DNA from: Tubiluchus corallicola
Taxonomy: Eukaryota; Animalia; Priapulida
Assembly (NCBI GenBank): GCA_030141605.1
Contig: JAQGDQ010000094.1
Coordinates: 124,001-188,000 of the forward strand
Reading direction: 5' to 3'
Length of the DNA: 64,000 nucleotides
In this document: one piece after another, positions 28,797-40,674 of the stretch
How positions within the stretch are numbered: the stretch's first letter is position 1
Layout of the letters: the number at the start of each line of letters is the position of its first letter
Program-made: the position numbers and the translations under genes
Notes under the pieces: model-generated
What the model saw: only the letters and a program-made list of their open reading frames with translations
Database searches by the model: none
What the model was told of the DNA's origin: nothing

Positions 28797-30474
28797 ATAA
28801 GTACCCATAACTCCAGAAGTACAAGAGCTAGAATGACGAAACTTATAAGGTAGACACCTGAGACCTGACTTAGGCGGTCACAGCACAGGAATGGGGACGC
28901 GAGGAGAGGAGACGAGAAGAGCTAAATAGATTATTAAAGAAAAATGGACTTTAATTTGAACTCAAGTCTTCTGCCTTCCCAGACACCATGCTGACAATAA
29001 GAACTGAACATTTATTTACTGAGTAATTTAGAAGGCGGTCAATTTTGTTTAAAAGACCACCCTGTTTTAAGTTAACAATCTCGCGAACTCGAAATCAAGG
29101 CACACAAGGCTCACACGCACAGGTGTGCAATCTTACTAGTCACAGTACTCAGGTAAAAATTTTTAAAGAATTTTTGGCAATTGTTCTTTTTACGAATGTG
29201 TTCTTGTGAGCACAGGTGGTGGAAACGCTCAACAACACTTGAGCTGAAAATTACTTAAAACCTCAGCTGACCTTGTTTAAAGTAGTTTGTGGTAGCATAC
29301 CTGCGCGTAGTCTCGGCATTGTCAGAAAAGGATGAAAAATCCTCCAACATAGGCTGTTATTCGTTAAACAAACAATGACAGCTTAAAAGATGCACCGACT
29401 TAACTCTAAACTGTGCAAAGAGGGGTGTGGTAGGAAGGCAAAAACTATCACTTCTCCTACTGCCGCTTTATTGTTTTATTATTTTTCATTTTCATTTTGT
29501 ACAAGATAATGATGGGGTAAAAACTACATGCAACTAAATTTTGATACTAAACTTCAAAGACAAGAAGTGTGCAACAGCTCGAACACAGTCTGGATTTGAA
29601 CCAGGGGCATTTTTCACATTTCCCGTCCGTCCAGTTTGTATTAAAATTTAGTTAACTGTTTGTTCAAATCATCACTAATAATAATCTTGACATTAATATT
29701 ATAATAATTAATGAATTAGGTAATTAAACTACCCTTCATTCATAGTGAAGTTTTAGTTCATTCACACAAGATGTTTGTCAACTCTCTTTACAAGATCTAA
29801 GAATTAGCTGACAAAAGCTAAAGCTTCAATGACTTTTGAAAGGTCTCGTTTTTTCAAGCTGTCTGCTTTGCTTTCAGTCCATATTTGCGCCATTTATAAC
29901 GTAAGACACCATTTTTTATGACAATCCGTCAATCGCATTATTTCTGCGCATCTCAGCTGCAGCTAGCTTATAGATATGTATGACGTAATTATATAGCGGG
30001 GATTAGCACATTTCTATGTTAGCACTAGGCCCGTGTGTTAGGGCTTAAAATTACATAATGTGTAGCCATTATTGCAATATAGTTATCTATAGCCTAAAGT
30101 TGGTGTTAGTACAATTCCTCATTTCTTTCAGCCATAATTGTTGTGATCAAAGCAATTAGTCTTTATTGCAGCCTTTGTCCACCCCACAGGATATTTTCAA
30201 ATATTTTGCAACTGATGATGCTGTGCCATTTATGCCTTCACAATTACATTTTCAAGCTTCGTGGTACACGTTTCTATTACTAATCAAATTTTAAACAAAA
30301 ATGATTTTCTTCACAGGAAAAACAGATTTATCCACATTTAGAAATCGTACAGTTATAGAAAATTGATTGCCAGTTGTTAATGAGTTGCCATATTTGTGTT
30401 CACTACTTTTCGTGTTATCTAAACACCAGTATTTATCAAAATGTGCACGAATTATGGAGAATGAACAATAAAAA

Positions 30475-31814
30475 ACAGTGAACTTAATTTATTTCATTTC
30501 CAGCGATATTCCTTACATGTTCAGCGATAGTTTTTGTGTCACATTGCTGTAAAGCTTCTTCTCAAGCCACTGAAATCGATGATCAGAAAATTATACATGT
30601 CTGCGTTTTTTCAGCCACATAATTCTGTTACAATGAAGTGCTATTAACAAAATGTTTAATAAGTATTTTCATAGATTTTTATTATAAAATCTGTTACACT
30701 CTCATATTTTACACATTTACACATTGAAGCATAATACAATAATCATATAATACAAAGTGAATGTTAATACATTTCAATACAATATTTACATACTTATAAA
30801 CGCAAAAATAAATCAAACTGTAATTCTCTAATTCACCTGCAAATATCAAATGTTTTGAATTTTTTCAAATGTTGAAGTTTTATAAACGTGGCAGCACAAA
30901 TACCTGAACTTTTAAAACCTAAAATTTGTCAGCAAAACATAATTTCATGCACTTACACAGTCTCTCTACTGAAGTTTATCAATATATACTACAGTGCATG
31001 ATTAAGATAAAGGTAAATTCCTAAGAACAAAATACACCTAGTTTCAATTAAGTTTAAGTGTTCCAGAAAATATACAGGTAATATTGACAATGACAAGTCT
31101 ATTTAAGTAGGTATGCCACAGCTGCGTTTTAGTGCAAAAAATATAGGCCATTGAAGATTGACAACAAAACAATAATTATCTCTTCGTCAACTAGGACACA
31201 TTTAATAGCCAAAAACAGTTGGGGCATATCCATGAAAGCATATTTTCATGTATACACAATAAAGGTGGTAATATTACTTATTAAGTGGGAGCACATGGCG
31301 ACTAGGAAAATTAAGCATTTCCACTAAAAGCTTATTTACAATACCTCATCACAAACCATGTTTCACTATTACAACAATACAATTTACAATTGCAGACTGA
31401 AGACAGATTAAACTTACATACCACAAATACAGGTCATATACAAACTTTATAAACATATTGCACATTTAAGACCTGGGTAAACAGACAGAGCTTGAACAAA
31501 GCTAAAGGTTAACATATTTTTGTGAACTTACAGAAATCGAACACCAAGATTTTCAGGAAATAAAATTTCAAAATACTTTATGATTGCAACATAGTGGATA
31601 AATTAAATTATGGGTTACAAAGTCACTGATGTTGTGCCTTCCTTCACAAGGATTTTTGTGCAGAATGTGCTGAATAAAAGTGAAGCTGTCTGTTCCTCTT
31701 TAGCAATAAAAGTTTGTGGAATGTCAGCCATCAATGATAATTATGAGTGATTAACTCTTTAGTCCAGGGCCCATCCAAAAAGTAAAGTCAACAAGCCAGG
31801 AATCTACAGCCCTA

Positions 31815-31871
<57 letters not shown>

Positions 31872-31933
31872 TTCTCTGCCTGTAGCATTTGTCTTCAGCT
31901 CAGCCAGTCTGACTAAAATCATTCTTTTGGAAT
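30475..31933 (-). other. Id: Putative non-coding exon 3 / 3' UTR of Id
   Basis: Acceptor tgtttttcttcgtttacag| at 31934/31933. The sequence is AU-rich. AATAAA at 30493-30488 is followed by a U/GU-rich tract. The 3' end is approximate. Confidence 0.6.
31818..31876. repeat. (CT)n microsatellite at the start of Id exon 3
   Basis: Direct observation. Confidence 0.95.
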
Positions 31934-32756
31934 CTGTAAACGAAGAAAAACACAAATATTTAGGTTCTTTGTGTCACTAAGAAAAAATTGCGCTGTTTCT
32001 CACGCTCGAATAATGGACTGTCTTTACCCAACACGCACCTGTAGGACATGAATCGGGGAATTAATTTATTTGAAAACACTGCTATGCAAACAGTGAGCAG
32101 GATGGCTTAGTGTAACGGGCACTCGAGGTCGGATGGGATACAGGACACAGCTGCAGTCTGCATCCGCAGGTAATGCTCATCCTGCAAACTGTTTTTTCTC
32201 TGAACAGGGCAAATAGCACCACTGATTTTAATCCCAGCAATCATCAGTTGGTGAACAATTGAACAGTCATTGCACAGGTGCGGTTTTTGGGTGAAATCAC
32301 TCCAAAATTACGCTAGTTCTAGCCCAGTCATGGGAAGTGAGTTTTCTAAATAGACCAGCGAGGTCGAGCAGGGACAGTAATGAGTGGGTATTGTGTCAAT
32401 CTTAATAGGAGGATGTACTATCAGGCTGTCCCAATAACTGAAAACACTCCCAAAGAAATGCATAGCATGGAAACTGACATTTATCTAGAACAAAATCTAT
32501 GAAAACTCTATCATAAATAAATTGTAAGCTTTGTTTTTCTCAAGCTGTGATGTAATTTAAAGAAGTCAATAAGTCCAAACGTTTTACGCAAATTTGTTTT
32601 ATTTTGATATTTTTTCTTTTTCACAACTCTGATTGTATTTTTCATTCCCCATCCCAAGCATTTTAGTGCACGTTAACACTAAGCTATTCTGCATCGTACA
32701 AGAAGTAATCTTACCTGTAATAATTATATATTATTTCTATGTACATCATGCATATT

Positions 32757-32846
32757 TCAACAGGACACTGATCTGGACTCACAGATGTCTCGTGTGAGAA
32801 GCGGATACTTTTCTGTATGTTGACTTGTGTGCTCTAATGAACAATT
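32757..32846 (-). CDS. Id: Id/emc coding exon 2 (NCSLEHTSQHTEKYPLLTRDICESRSVSC*); exon continues as UTR to a donor at 32715
   Basis: Strong acceptor tttttatttctttttgttgcag|, in phase with exon 1. Open for 29 codons and ends in an Id-like short Cys-containing terminus. Donor cag|gtaag lies 42 nt after the stop. Confidence 0.8.
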   Translation of the reverse strand, partial: NCSLEHTSQHTEKYPLLTRDICESRSVSC

Positions 32847-34794
32847 CTGCAACAAAAAGAAATAAAAATCAACAACGGTTTATCTATGGGTATATAATAA
32901 TATATATTTTATATCAGTTTTATAATGATACATAAACTATCTGAATACTTCAAAGACGACGAGAAAGACCGACTTAGAAAACGAGTGTGTTTCATGAGGA
33001 TCAGTAGATAACGCAGCATCAGTGCTCCGTACTCTGTACGAATGACGCAAGCCTGGAAACCATTATGAATAATTCAGCTGCATTAACCAAACCGCCAGCA
33101 TGTATTTACTAAGAAGACACTCAAACGGCCGTCCCAGGAGAAATTTTAGTGAACGATTGCTGCGGAATTTGATTGAGGTTCCTCTGTGTAAGATCAATAG
33201 ACGCTGGTCCATCTAATGCAAACGCGGCAAGATGAAATTACTCGTCGTCATGGCAGCGGGATGAAGATGATAAGTTAAATTATCAGCTTCACTTTAAATT
33301 AGAATTTTGTTAATGTGTGACACAGGTTTAGAGAAAAGACTGCACAAATGTGAGCGTATGTTGCTTTATTAATCTTGTTAAATACAGCATGCCGAAAACA
33401 GCTATTTGGCAGACACGTAGTAAACTGAGTTTTCACAGCAAGCCTATTATTCGCTTTAATAAAGGCAAAAATTGATGCTGTTCATTAGTTTTTCAGCTAC
33501 GTTTTGTACAAACAGTAAAGTTAGAGTTACACAGTCTGGCAAACTACAAGCTACAGCACTCAACCGCAGAGTATATATTTTATATATTGATAGTTGTGGC
33601 GGGACAGGAATCTATTTGCGTGTTCGATGAGTATACACACTCTCTCGATGAGAAAAGTGGGGGGAGGGCAGTCTGGCAGTATTTAAGAAGAAACTGCCTG
33701 AAGCAATTTTTCTAGCAGTCACGTATCGATTTCTAATCAAGTCTGACATTATTTAACTTTGGTATCTTATTTCCTGTGCTCTCAAGGTTTGACTGTGAGG
33801 TTATAGGGTTATGTACGTAAAAATAATGTTCCCGCGAAGCAAGTATTAAAATAGGTTTGTTCATTGATACCTTTGAAACCATAAAATAAGCTGGTGTGTT
33901 AGCGTTCAGGATAAATTTTACAGGCTACAGGAATAACAGTTGACCAAGTGCAAATCAGAACGCCTTACATATTTAGCAGTCCATAGCCACAGACTGGAGT
34001 GCAGATCTGACGTACGAATAGAGTGTATATTATTGATCGTGTTTTTACTGTGGATGGTCGCATGAAGCCACAGCGGGTAACATGCCTAGTATTGATCACA
34101 CAATGGTTTCTGCAATATGAGAACGTCAAGCGTACTTCACATACTAATACAATCTACCATCTGTCCAAACAGGGCAGAGTCATATTTGCAGCAGCCAATG
34201 TTGACAAAGACAAAGTGTTACTAAAGCACAGTAGGTCCAGAATCACCTAGTAGCAGATGAAGTGAAAAACTGCTTCTTCCGCAATTAAACAATAAATTAG
34301 CAATATTATAGATAGAGGAAGTATTAAGCTTTTTAGTAAGACGTAGACAATTTTAACTTGCAGAGCATTTTTACGAAGCTAACTATCACTGACTCGCAGC
34401 AAATGTTCGAAGCGTCAAGATATCTGTAATCACAATACCACGATACCTAACAGACTCACTTTTCGTAGTGATCAGTGAGTAAATTCAAAATTACGATCGT
34501 TTTGCCTTATTTCCAACGTAACTTTTGCCACGTAACTCATAGAAATGTGAGTCTAAGCACAAAATAAGTACTTAATATTTTTTAACAAAAATCGTAAGTA
34601 AATGAGAAATTACAACGTAGTACTTGACAAAAATCCCACGTATTATGAGAAATTACAACTTTAAAATATCTGCCAGTACTTTATAAATTTGTAAAAATTA
34701 TTTACGTATAAATCTACACGTAACTGCGAATTTTTGTTTCGTCTGCGTGGCTAAAGCCATTGCAGTGAAATAAAATAAATAAATATAATTTTAC

Positions 34795-35115
34795 CTCTAA
34801 GATGGTTTTGTACGTGTTTTCCACTGACTGGAATTCTCCTAATGGTGTTCGATTTGGAACTGTCAATCTCTGTATGGGAGCTATCATCGGGTGACCATCC
34901 AAAGCTGACTGTAAATCCAAAATGTAATCTATAACATGTTGTAAAATCTCTACTTTACTCAGTTTCTTGTTATGTGGAATCGTCGGCACTATTTCTTTCA
35001 ATAAATTGAATAACTCGACCATTTCATCCTTTTCTTCTTGCGGCTTTTTGGATATCTTGTGCTCCTTCACACCCGTAGATTTATGCACTTTATGTTGCAC
35101 ATGAACAGCCTTCAT
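34795..35115 (-). CDS. Id: Id/extramacrochaetae-family HLH inhibitor of DNA binding, coding exon 1 (107 aa)
   Basis: The ORF begins MKAV and contains the HLH signature [38 protein letters not shown], with no basic region, followed by the RTPL motif typical of Id/emc. Start context is tcaaaATG. A splice donor GAG|GTAAAA lies at 34795/34794 (phase 0). Confidence 0.95.
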
Positions 35116-35189
35116 TTTGACAATAAGTTGTCCTAACTAACAAAGTATTAGCTTGTGTTAAACGATAAACACTGAGCAACAGTTGAGTT

Positions 35190-35350
35190 CGGAATGTTGC
35201 TAGTTCAGTGCCAGAGAGCGTATATATAAGGCGGAGTTAGATATAGAGTGTCAAGCCCCGCCTACTGGTCGGCTCAATCAGTGAGTCTGCTCTCACGCTA
35301 ACACAGCCAATGACAGCTGTTACTACGCGTCCTTAGTTACTTTCCCACAG
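35190..35350 (-). promoter_or_regulatory. Id core/proximal promoter
   Basis: TATATATA at 35228-35221, an Inr-like ACATTC about 30 nt downstream, GC box CCCCGCC at 35256-35262, CCAAT at 35307-35311 and a CSL site at 35342-35349. Confidence 0.7.
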
Positions 35351-37581
35351 CCAGGGTGCCAATTAACCCCACCTGCAGCGTGAAATAACATCGAACATGT
35401 GTGCGAGTAGCAACAGAAGCAGTTGGCAAAGATGTACACTTTCCAGCCACAAAATTAATTTTCTGTTGCTTTTTGCTTCGAAACAAATAATGTATATGAG
35501 AATACCAGAAGTTTAAAAAAGTTTATGCCACTGTGGCATGCCTGCCTGTAATAGTTAAATAGTTTTCTTAATCATGTTAGAGTTGTAAAAATTTTGTTGT
35601 AAGAAAGATCAAAACGCTGTGTAAATCTTGACAGATTTCGTCATTTACATATTGATAAGATAATTTTCAGATGTCTTCGTGCATTCCCACGGCTGTTATA
35701 TATACATAAACCTAGTCCGGTATGTACAACACGGTGATTAATTACACTCCTTTAAGAAAACTGCCCCGTCTTCGCCAGTCTGTCGCCAGTCTTGTGACGT
35801 CATCTATTCAATACGCTGCTCGTCTGGCGCCGCTAAGGCGGTTGGCATAGCAACAAGTATGTCAATCACAGCTAGCTCAAGTGTCCGAACTTGTAGTATT
35901 CAGCACCTCGGGGTTGTTCTTACTTCTGGCAGCACACCTGCATGATCTACATGCTTGTGTGTATGTTTAGCAATGTTTTGGTAGGAAGATGTCTGGCGCC
36001 AGCTCACTGGGGCGTCCCGGACTAAACAAATAGCTAAGAATGTTGCAGTTTAACAGAACTACTCTTCGTTTTATGATGTAACATGCCTTGCAAATGTGTC
36101 CATCTAATCAGTTACACCTCTTTTACAAAAACATCAACTCCAAGCACATCTGTACAGTTTTGCCTGTTAAAATAGCTCACACATAACGAGACGGTACAGG
36201 TGCAAACAGCCTAAATGTATACTGTACTATAATAGGCCTTTATTTATTCTAAACATTACTAGTGTAAGAAGTTAGATTTTTGCATGCTAATTCACACTTG
36301 ATCCTAGGCATGCGAGCCTATTTAAATTAGATTTTTAAATTAGTGTTAATTAGATTGTTAAAATGCAATTCGTCTCACAATTAATGAAACTGGTTGTAAA
36401 CGTGTCCCTCTTTCTTGATCTTTCTGACACTTCTTGCTCTCATTCTCAGTCTCACCTTTGCGTGGGAATTGAATTTTCTAGAAACTGAATAAGCATAATT
36501 ACGCACAACTCGAGAAAATGATTTTGGGTGGGACAATAATGACAGCAGCTGGTGCAGGACGTGTATATAACGAAGGAAAAGTTTAGTGTTGGACCATCTG
36601 CTTCACTTCACAACTGAGACGTATTCCCACGGTCAAAATACAGCTAGGCAAGAGACTTGGTGTTGACTGAGCAGATGTCGGATAAGATACGAGCGAATCG
36701 AGACTGATATCACCTGCTAAACAACACTAGGTTATACCTCTGTTGTCCTACCTGGGAGCATGAGAAATCTGAACAGATGGAAAGACTCACTTGGGAACAA
36801 ACAGTTAAACCTAGATTAGTGAAAAAATGATTAACGTTTGATTTCATTTAATTGCCGACGCGTTTACCGTTTAATCGCGCGTGCGTATTTAATCTGTCTT
36901 TTTGTGATTTACTTATTTTGCAGCACGTAGGTTGCATAATAAAAGCGCACACATTTGTCAAATTTAAAATCAGATTTAAATCGCATATCATATCTGGTAT
37001 TGTAAACTGGATAGTGACAAAATGTAAAGTCGCATTTTAAATTTTAATACTGTTAGATTATAGCTTTTTTACAACTAGTGCTGTTTAATTAAAAAAAGTG
37101 AGAAGCAATTATTGGTTCTAGACGTATCATTTATCGATTACATTTGGGTTTTGCTGCTGTGGTATTAACTGTTTATCAATACCAACAAAATTGAAATTGT
37201 TTGGTTGAGAAAACTTTATGATACGTAATACTTGGTGTGCAAAGAAGATTCATTTTATTTTAATTTTAAGCAACGCTAACACTGTGGTGAAAACAAGATG
37301 AATAAAAGATTTTACTGATAATTTCTAATGAAAAATATTCAGAAGACTAATGTTGTCTAATTTACATCAAAATAACGAACGAGAAAACAAATTAGTAATT
37401 GACATTCACCAGGACGCCCCTTTTCAATCACAATGGAACAATTCATAATTTACCTGTGTTCGTGGGAAAACTGTACAGGTGCTCAGGGTTTGATGTGAAA
37501 AAACAACGTCCTTCTAGTTGGTTATTTGCATAACTTTTTACAGTGTTGATTTTACAATTAGTGCAAATTGTAAAGTGGGAA
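35342..37581. promoter_or_regulatory. Cluster of CSL/Su(H) (YGTGGGAA) sites upstream of Id
   Basis: Sites at 35342, 35684, 36461, 36624 and 37461, plus AGTGGGAA at 37574. Confidence 0.6.
35765..36005. promoter_or_regulatory. Candidate BMP/Smad + CRE + RFX response module of Id
   Basis: TCGCCAGTCT twice (35772-35792), TGACGTCA at about 35795-35802, GTCTGGCGCC at 35822-35831 and 35991-36000, and X-box-like GTTGGCATAGCAAC at 35841-35854. Confidence 0.65.
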
Positions 37582-39786
37582 TTTGACAGTTACGGTATGG
37601 GCCGGATACGGAAGTGCCGCTTGCTTGTGATTTATCGATGAAATTGTTTGTAGGCTTTAAAATTTCCTAAAATAGTAACATAAACTGGAACTCAAAGCAA
37701 ACGCAAACTAAGAATGACAATAATAGCTGCATAACTTGTGGGAGAGTTGATAGCGTTCGCTTTTAATCGTTAAAACATACAGCCTATGATCTGCATAGGA
37801 ACTATAAATCAATTAGCCATAAACGTAATTACGAAATCGACAAATTAATTAAGAACAGAAATCTAATTAATTTAGCTCTATAAATTGTTCGTGAAGTGAT
37901 TTTAAATTACTTGATTTAATTAGCAAACGTGTTAATATACATACAAATATATCTTAATGTTTTTCACGAAATTCGATGCTCTACTAAGAAAATTTTTTAA
38001 TCACAACAGCTATAGGCCGGTGACAAGATTTTTTACGCAAACTGTCTTCGTACCAGATAAGGTCGTTGCATTCTTTCCAGGGATGCTGCAGTTGGTCAGC
38101 AGTCGTACGATGAAAGGAAAAATCGAGGCACTCAGGTGAAGGAATCCTTTCAAGTATTTTATAATCAGCTTGGTAACCACAGCTTGAACTCTACAGTGTT
38201 TGACGCTGCTAAACTTTATTGTGGGAGTAGGCCTAGATTACTGCAAAAGTTTCAATGTAAAGCTTATGCATTGTCCATTATGACTAAATTCATCGTAATC
38301 GCCTAGCAAACCTTTAAACAGAGGTAATATTTAGGGTAAGATCAACAGCTGACATAGCGTGTTTGCCAAAAACTCATAAACATAGCAAACAAAATCTGTA
38401 TATAATTACTATAAAGGCAATGCACACGATAAAATGTAAATTACAAATTAGGTTTTACTATAATATGAGATGTTGTTGAGTTTTTGCCATCTATATTTAT
38501 GATGTATAGAGCTATGGGGTTTTTCCACTTATGCTCCATTTCAAAGCAATCGCAGAAGTGTTGAAATTAGGATTATGTTTTAATAGAACACATAATTATG
38601 TAGTACAGTAAGCAAATAATGCCCTATCATACAGGGCTTAGTTAGTATAGTTATTTTATTAGCGCAGTTTTCGTAAGTTTGTATTTCTCTCATACAGTAA
38701 ATCACACAGATTGAATTTAATCAGTTGGCAGGTATTTGTTTGCTTTGCAGTAAGTCGGTAGCAGTAAAGTGGCCCAACTGCAAAAACTTGGCGCCAGACT
38801 TTCCACAAAGTTGACTTTAACGTGTTCCTGAATCGAAGGTCAATTCTCGTACTTGATCACACCTTTAAATATTATACACCTGTACGGCTTTACCACATAC
38901 CGAGACCGAATTTATTTACTTAACCCGCGGTAGCCAAAACTGGAGTGGAATGACAGGAACAGAGAACGAGAAAATAAAACACACTTTTTGATCATTTAAA
39001 CAGGGAAGAATGTGTTATAACTTTTTACAGCTCAAAAAATAACGTTTAATTAAAAATTACGATTTTCAAATGAAAACAGTTTTTGTCGTCAGATAGACGT
39101 ACGCAAAGGTCAGTTTTTGCTTGCATTAAATTTTACTACCAGTGATTTAACGCATTTTCACCTTTCACTGGTTACTAGCCGAACTGCGCATATTATATTA
39201 ATTATACCATACGCTGTATAATGTTACTGCGTCCTACAATTAGATATTTGTAATTTTTCTAGTTCTTGTTGAAATGTTATTGCTTTCTTTTGGAATTTTA
39301 CCTACAACGGAGACTGTCTTCGTTACATTTTACAGCTGAAATCTTTCAAATTAAGCATTTATAAAACACGACCTTGCATGCATGACTGGCTAAATAAAGT
39401 AAAAGCTTTCTGTGGTGAGTAGAAACGAGAGGCTGCACACGACAGAAAGTCCCAGCATCAACAGGCAAGATGACATCACGCAAGTGTCACGCAACCGCTG
39501 CGCATATTACTTACATACTTAATTGTTACTAGATTATTAACATGATAAATTAAAGATGTTAAAAAATTACTAAAGCATCCCAGCCGTTCTCTTAATGCCC
39601 TTGCAGGTGTGAAAAGCAGAGCTCATCAACTCTCAGCGTATTCACTACTGGTATGCAGCGAGTTTGAGACAGGTGTGCACATAAGTTAAAACTAGTAACA
39701 TTGAGTTAATAACTCTGGCAGGTGTAAAGAAATGAAAAAAACAGCAGGGATGGAAAGGAGGTGAAGAGAAAATGAAGAAGCGGTAA

Positions 39787-39957
39787 TGTGTGTGTGTGTG
39801 TGTGCGCGTGCGCGCGCGCGTATGCGTGTGTGTGCATGCGCATGTGCGCTCGGCCGTGTGGGTGTGTGTGTGTATGTGCGCATGTGTGTGCGTGTGTGCG
39901 CGCACGCATGTGCCCGCGGCCGTGTGTGTGTGTGTGCGTGCGTGTGTGTGTGTGTGC
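39787..39957. repeat. (TG/CG)n alternating purine-pyrimidine tract
   Basis: Direct observation; it explains the stack of spurious ORFs here. Confidence 0.95.
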
Positions 39958-40267
39958 GGAGATTGTGGACACAACTGTCAACATCGTGGTTTTTTCCATT
40001 TGTCCGCTTACATTTATATCAGGTAACGCAAAACCGAAGTTTTGATCATGATATTATAAGAAGATAAAGGAATCAATTCAAAATTTCCACAGTGATATTA
40101 CGCACTATTAAACACCAAAATTTTTAAGTCATTCCCAGATTTTTATAAAGATACAAAAATTTCAAATCAACAACAAACAATGAACGCAGAAAAAACTTTG
40201 TGTCATTTTCTCTGATGACGACCATGATAAAAACTGGAAGGTTTCTTTTTTGTTTCGCTCCGTATAT

Positions 40268-40455
40268 TAGGTGCTTAGTATGTCAGTGAACGTGGCTGTT
40301 TTCCAGTTGACGACTGGCTGACAATGTTGGCGCATTTAATTTTCAACACGCAAAAGCTTTTCCGTCATAACTTAAACACCACTAAAACTGTAAACGTGTA
40401 GCTTTCGCTGTCAAAAGCGAATACATTGTAATATCATGCTGTGAAATTGCAGCTT
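40268..40455 (+). repeat. Old interspersed repeat, direct copy of 20395-20580
   Basis: Same collinear blocks as the 20.4-kb copy. Confidence 0.7.
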
Positions 40456-40591
40456 TGTTGGTTAGTTGGTTTTAATCTTATTATAGTCTAAATTTCGGTA
40501 CAACTGCGCAACCCCATATAAACACGATGTTGGGTGTCTGCATCATGGAGTAGTAAGACTATTATTTTTGAGCCACAATATGGAGATGAAT

Positions 40592-40674
40592 GTGTGTGTG
40601 TGTGTGTGTGTGCGCGCGCGCGCGTGTGCGTGCGTGTGTGTGCGTGTGCATGCGCGCGTGTGTATGTATGTGTG
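40592..40674. repeat. (TG/CG)n alternating tract
   Basis: Direct observation. Confidence 0.95.

Noticed and set aside
34714-34794. C-terminal 26 aa of the 133-aa Id ORF in the track
   Set aside because: Begins at a consensus splice donor and reads into AT-rich intron; treated as intron unless retention is shown.
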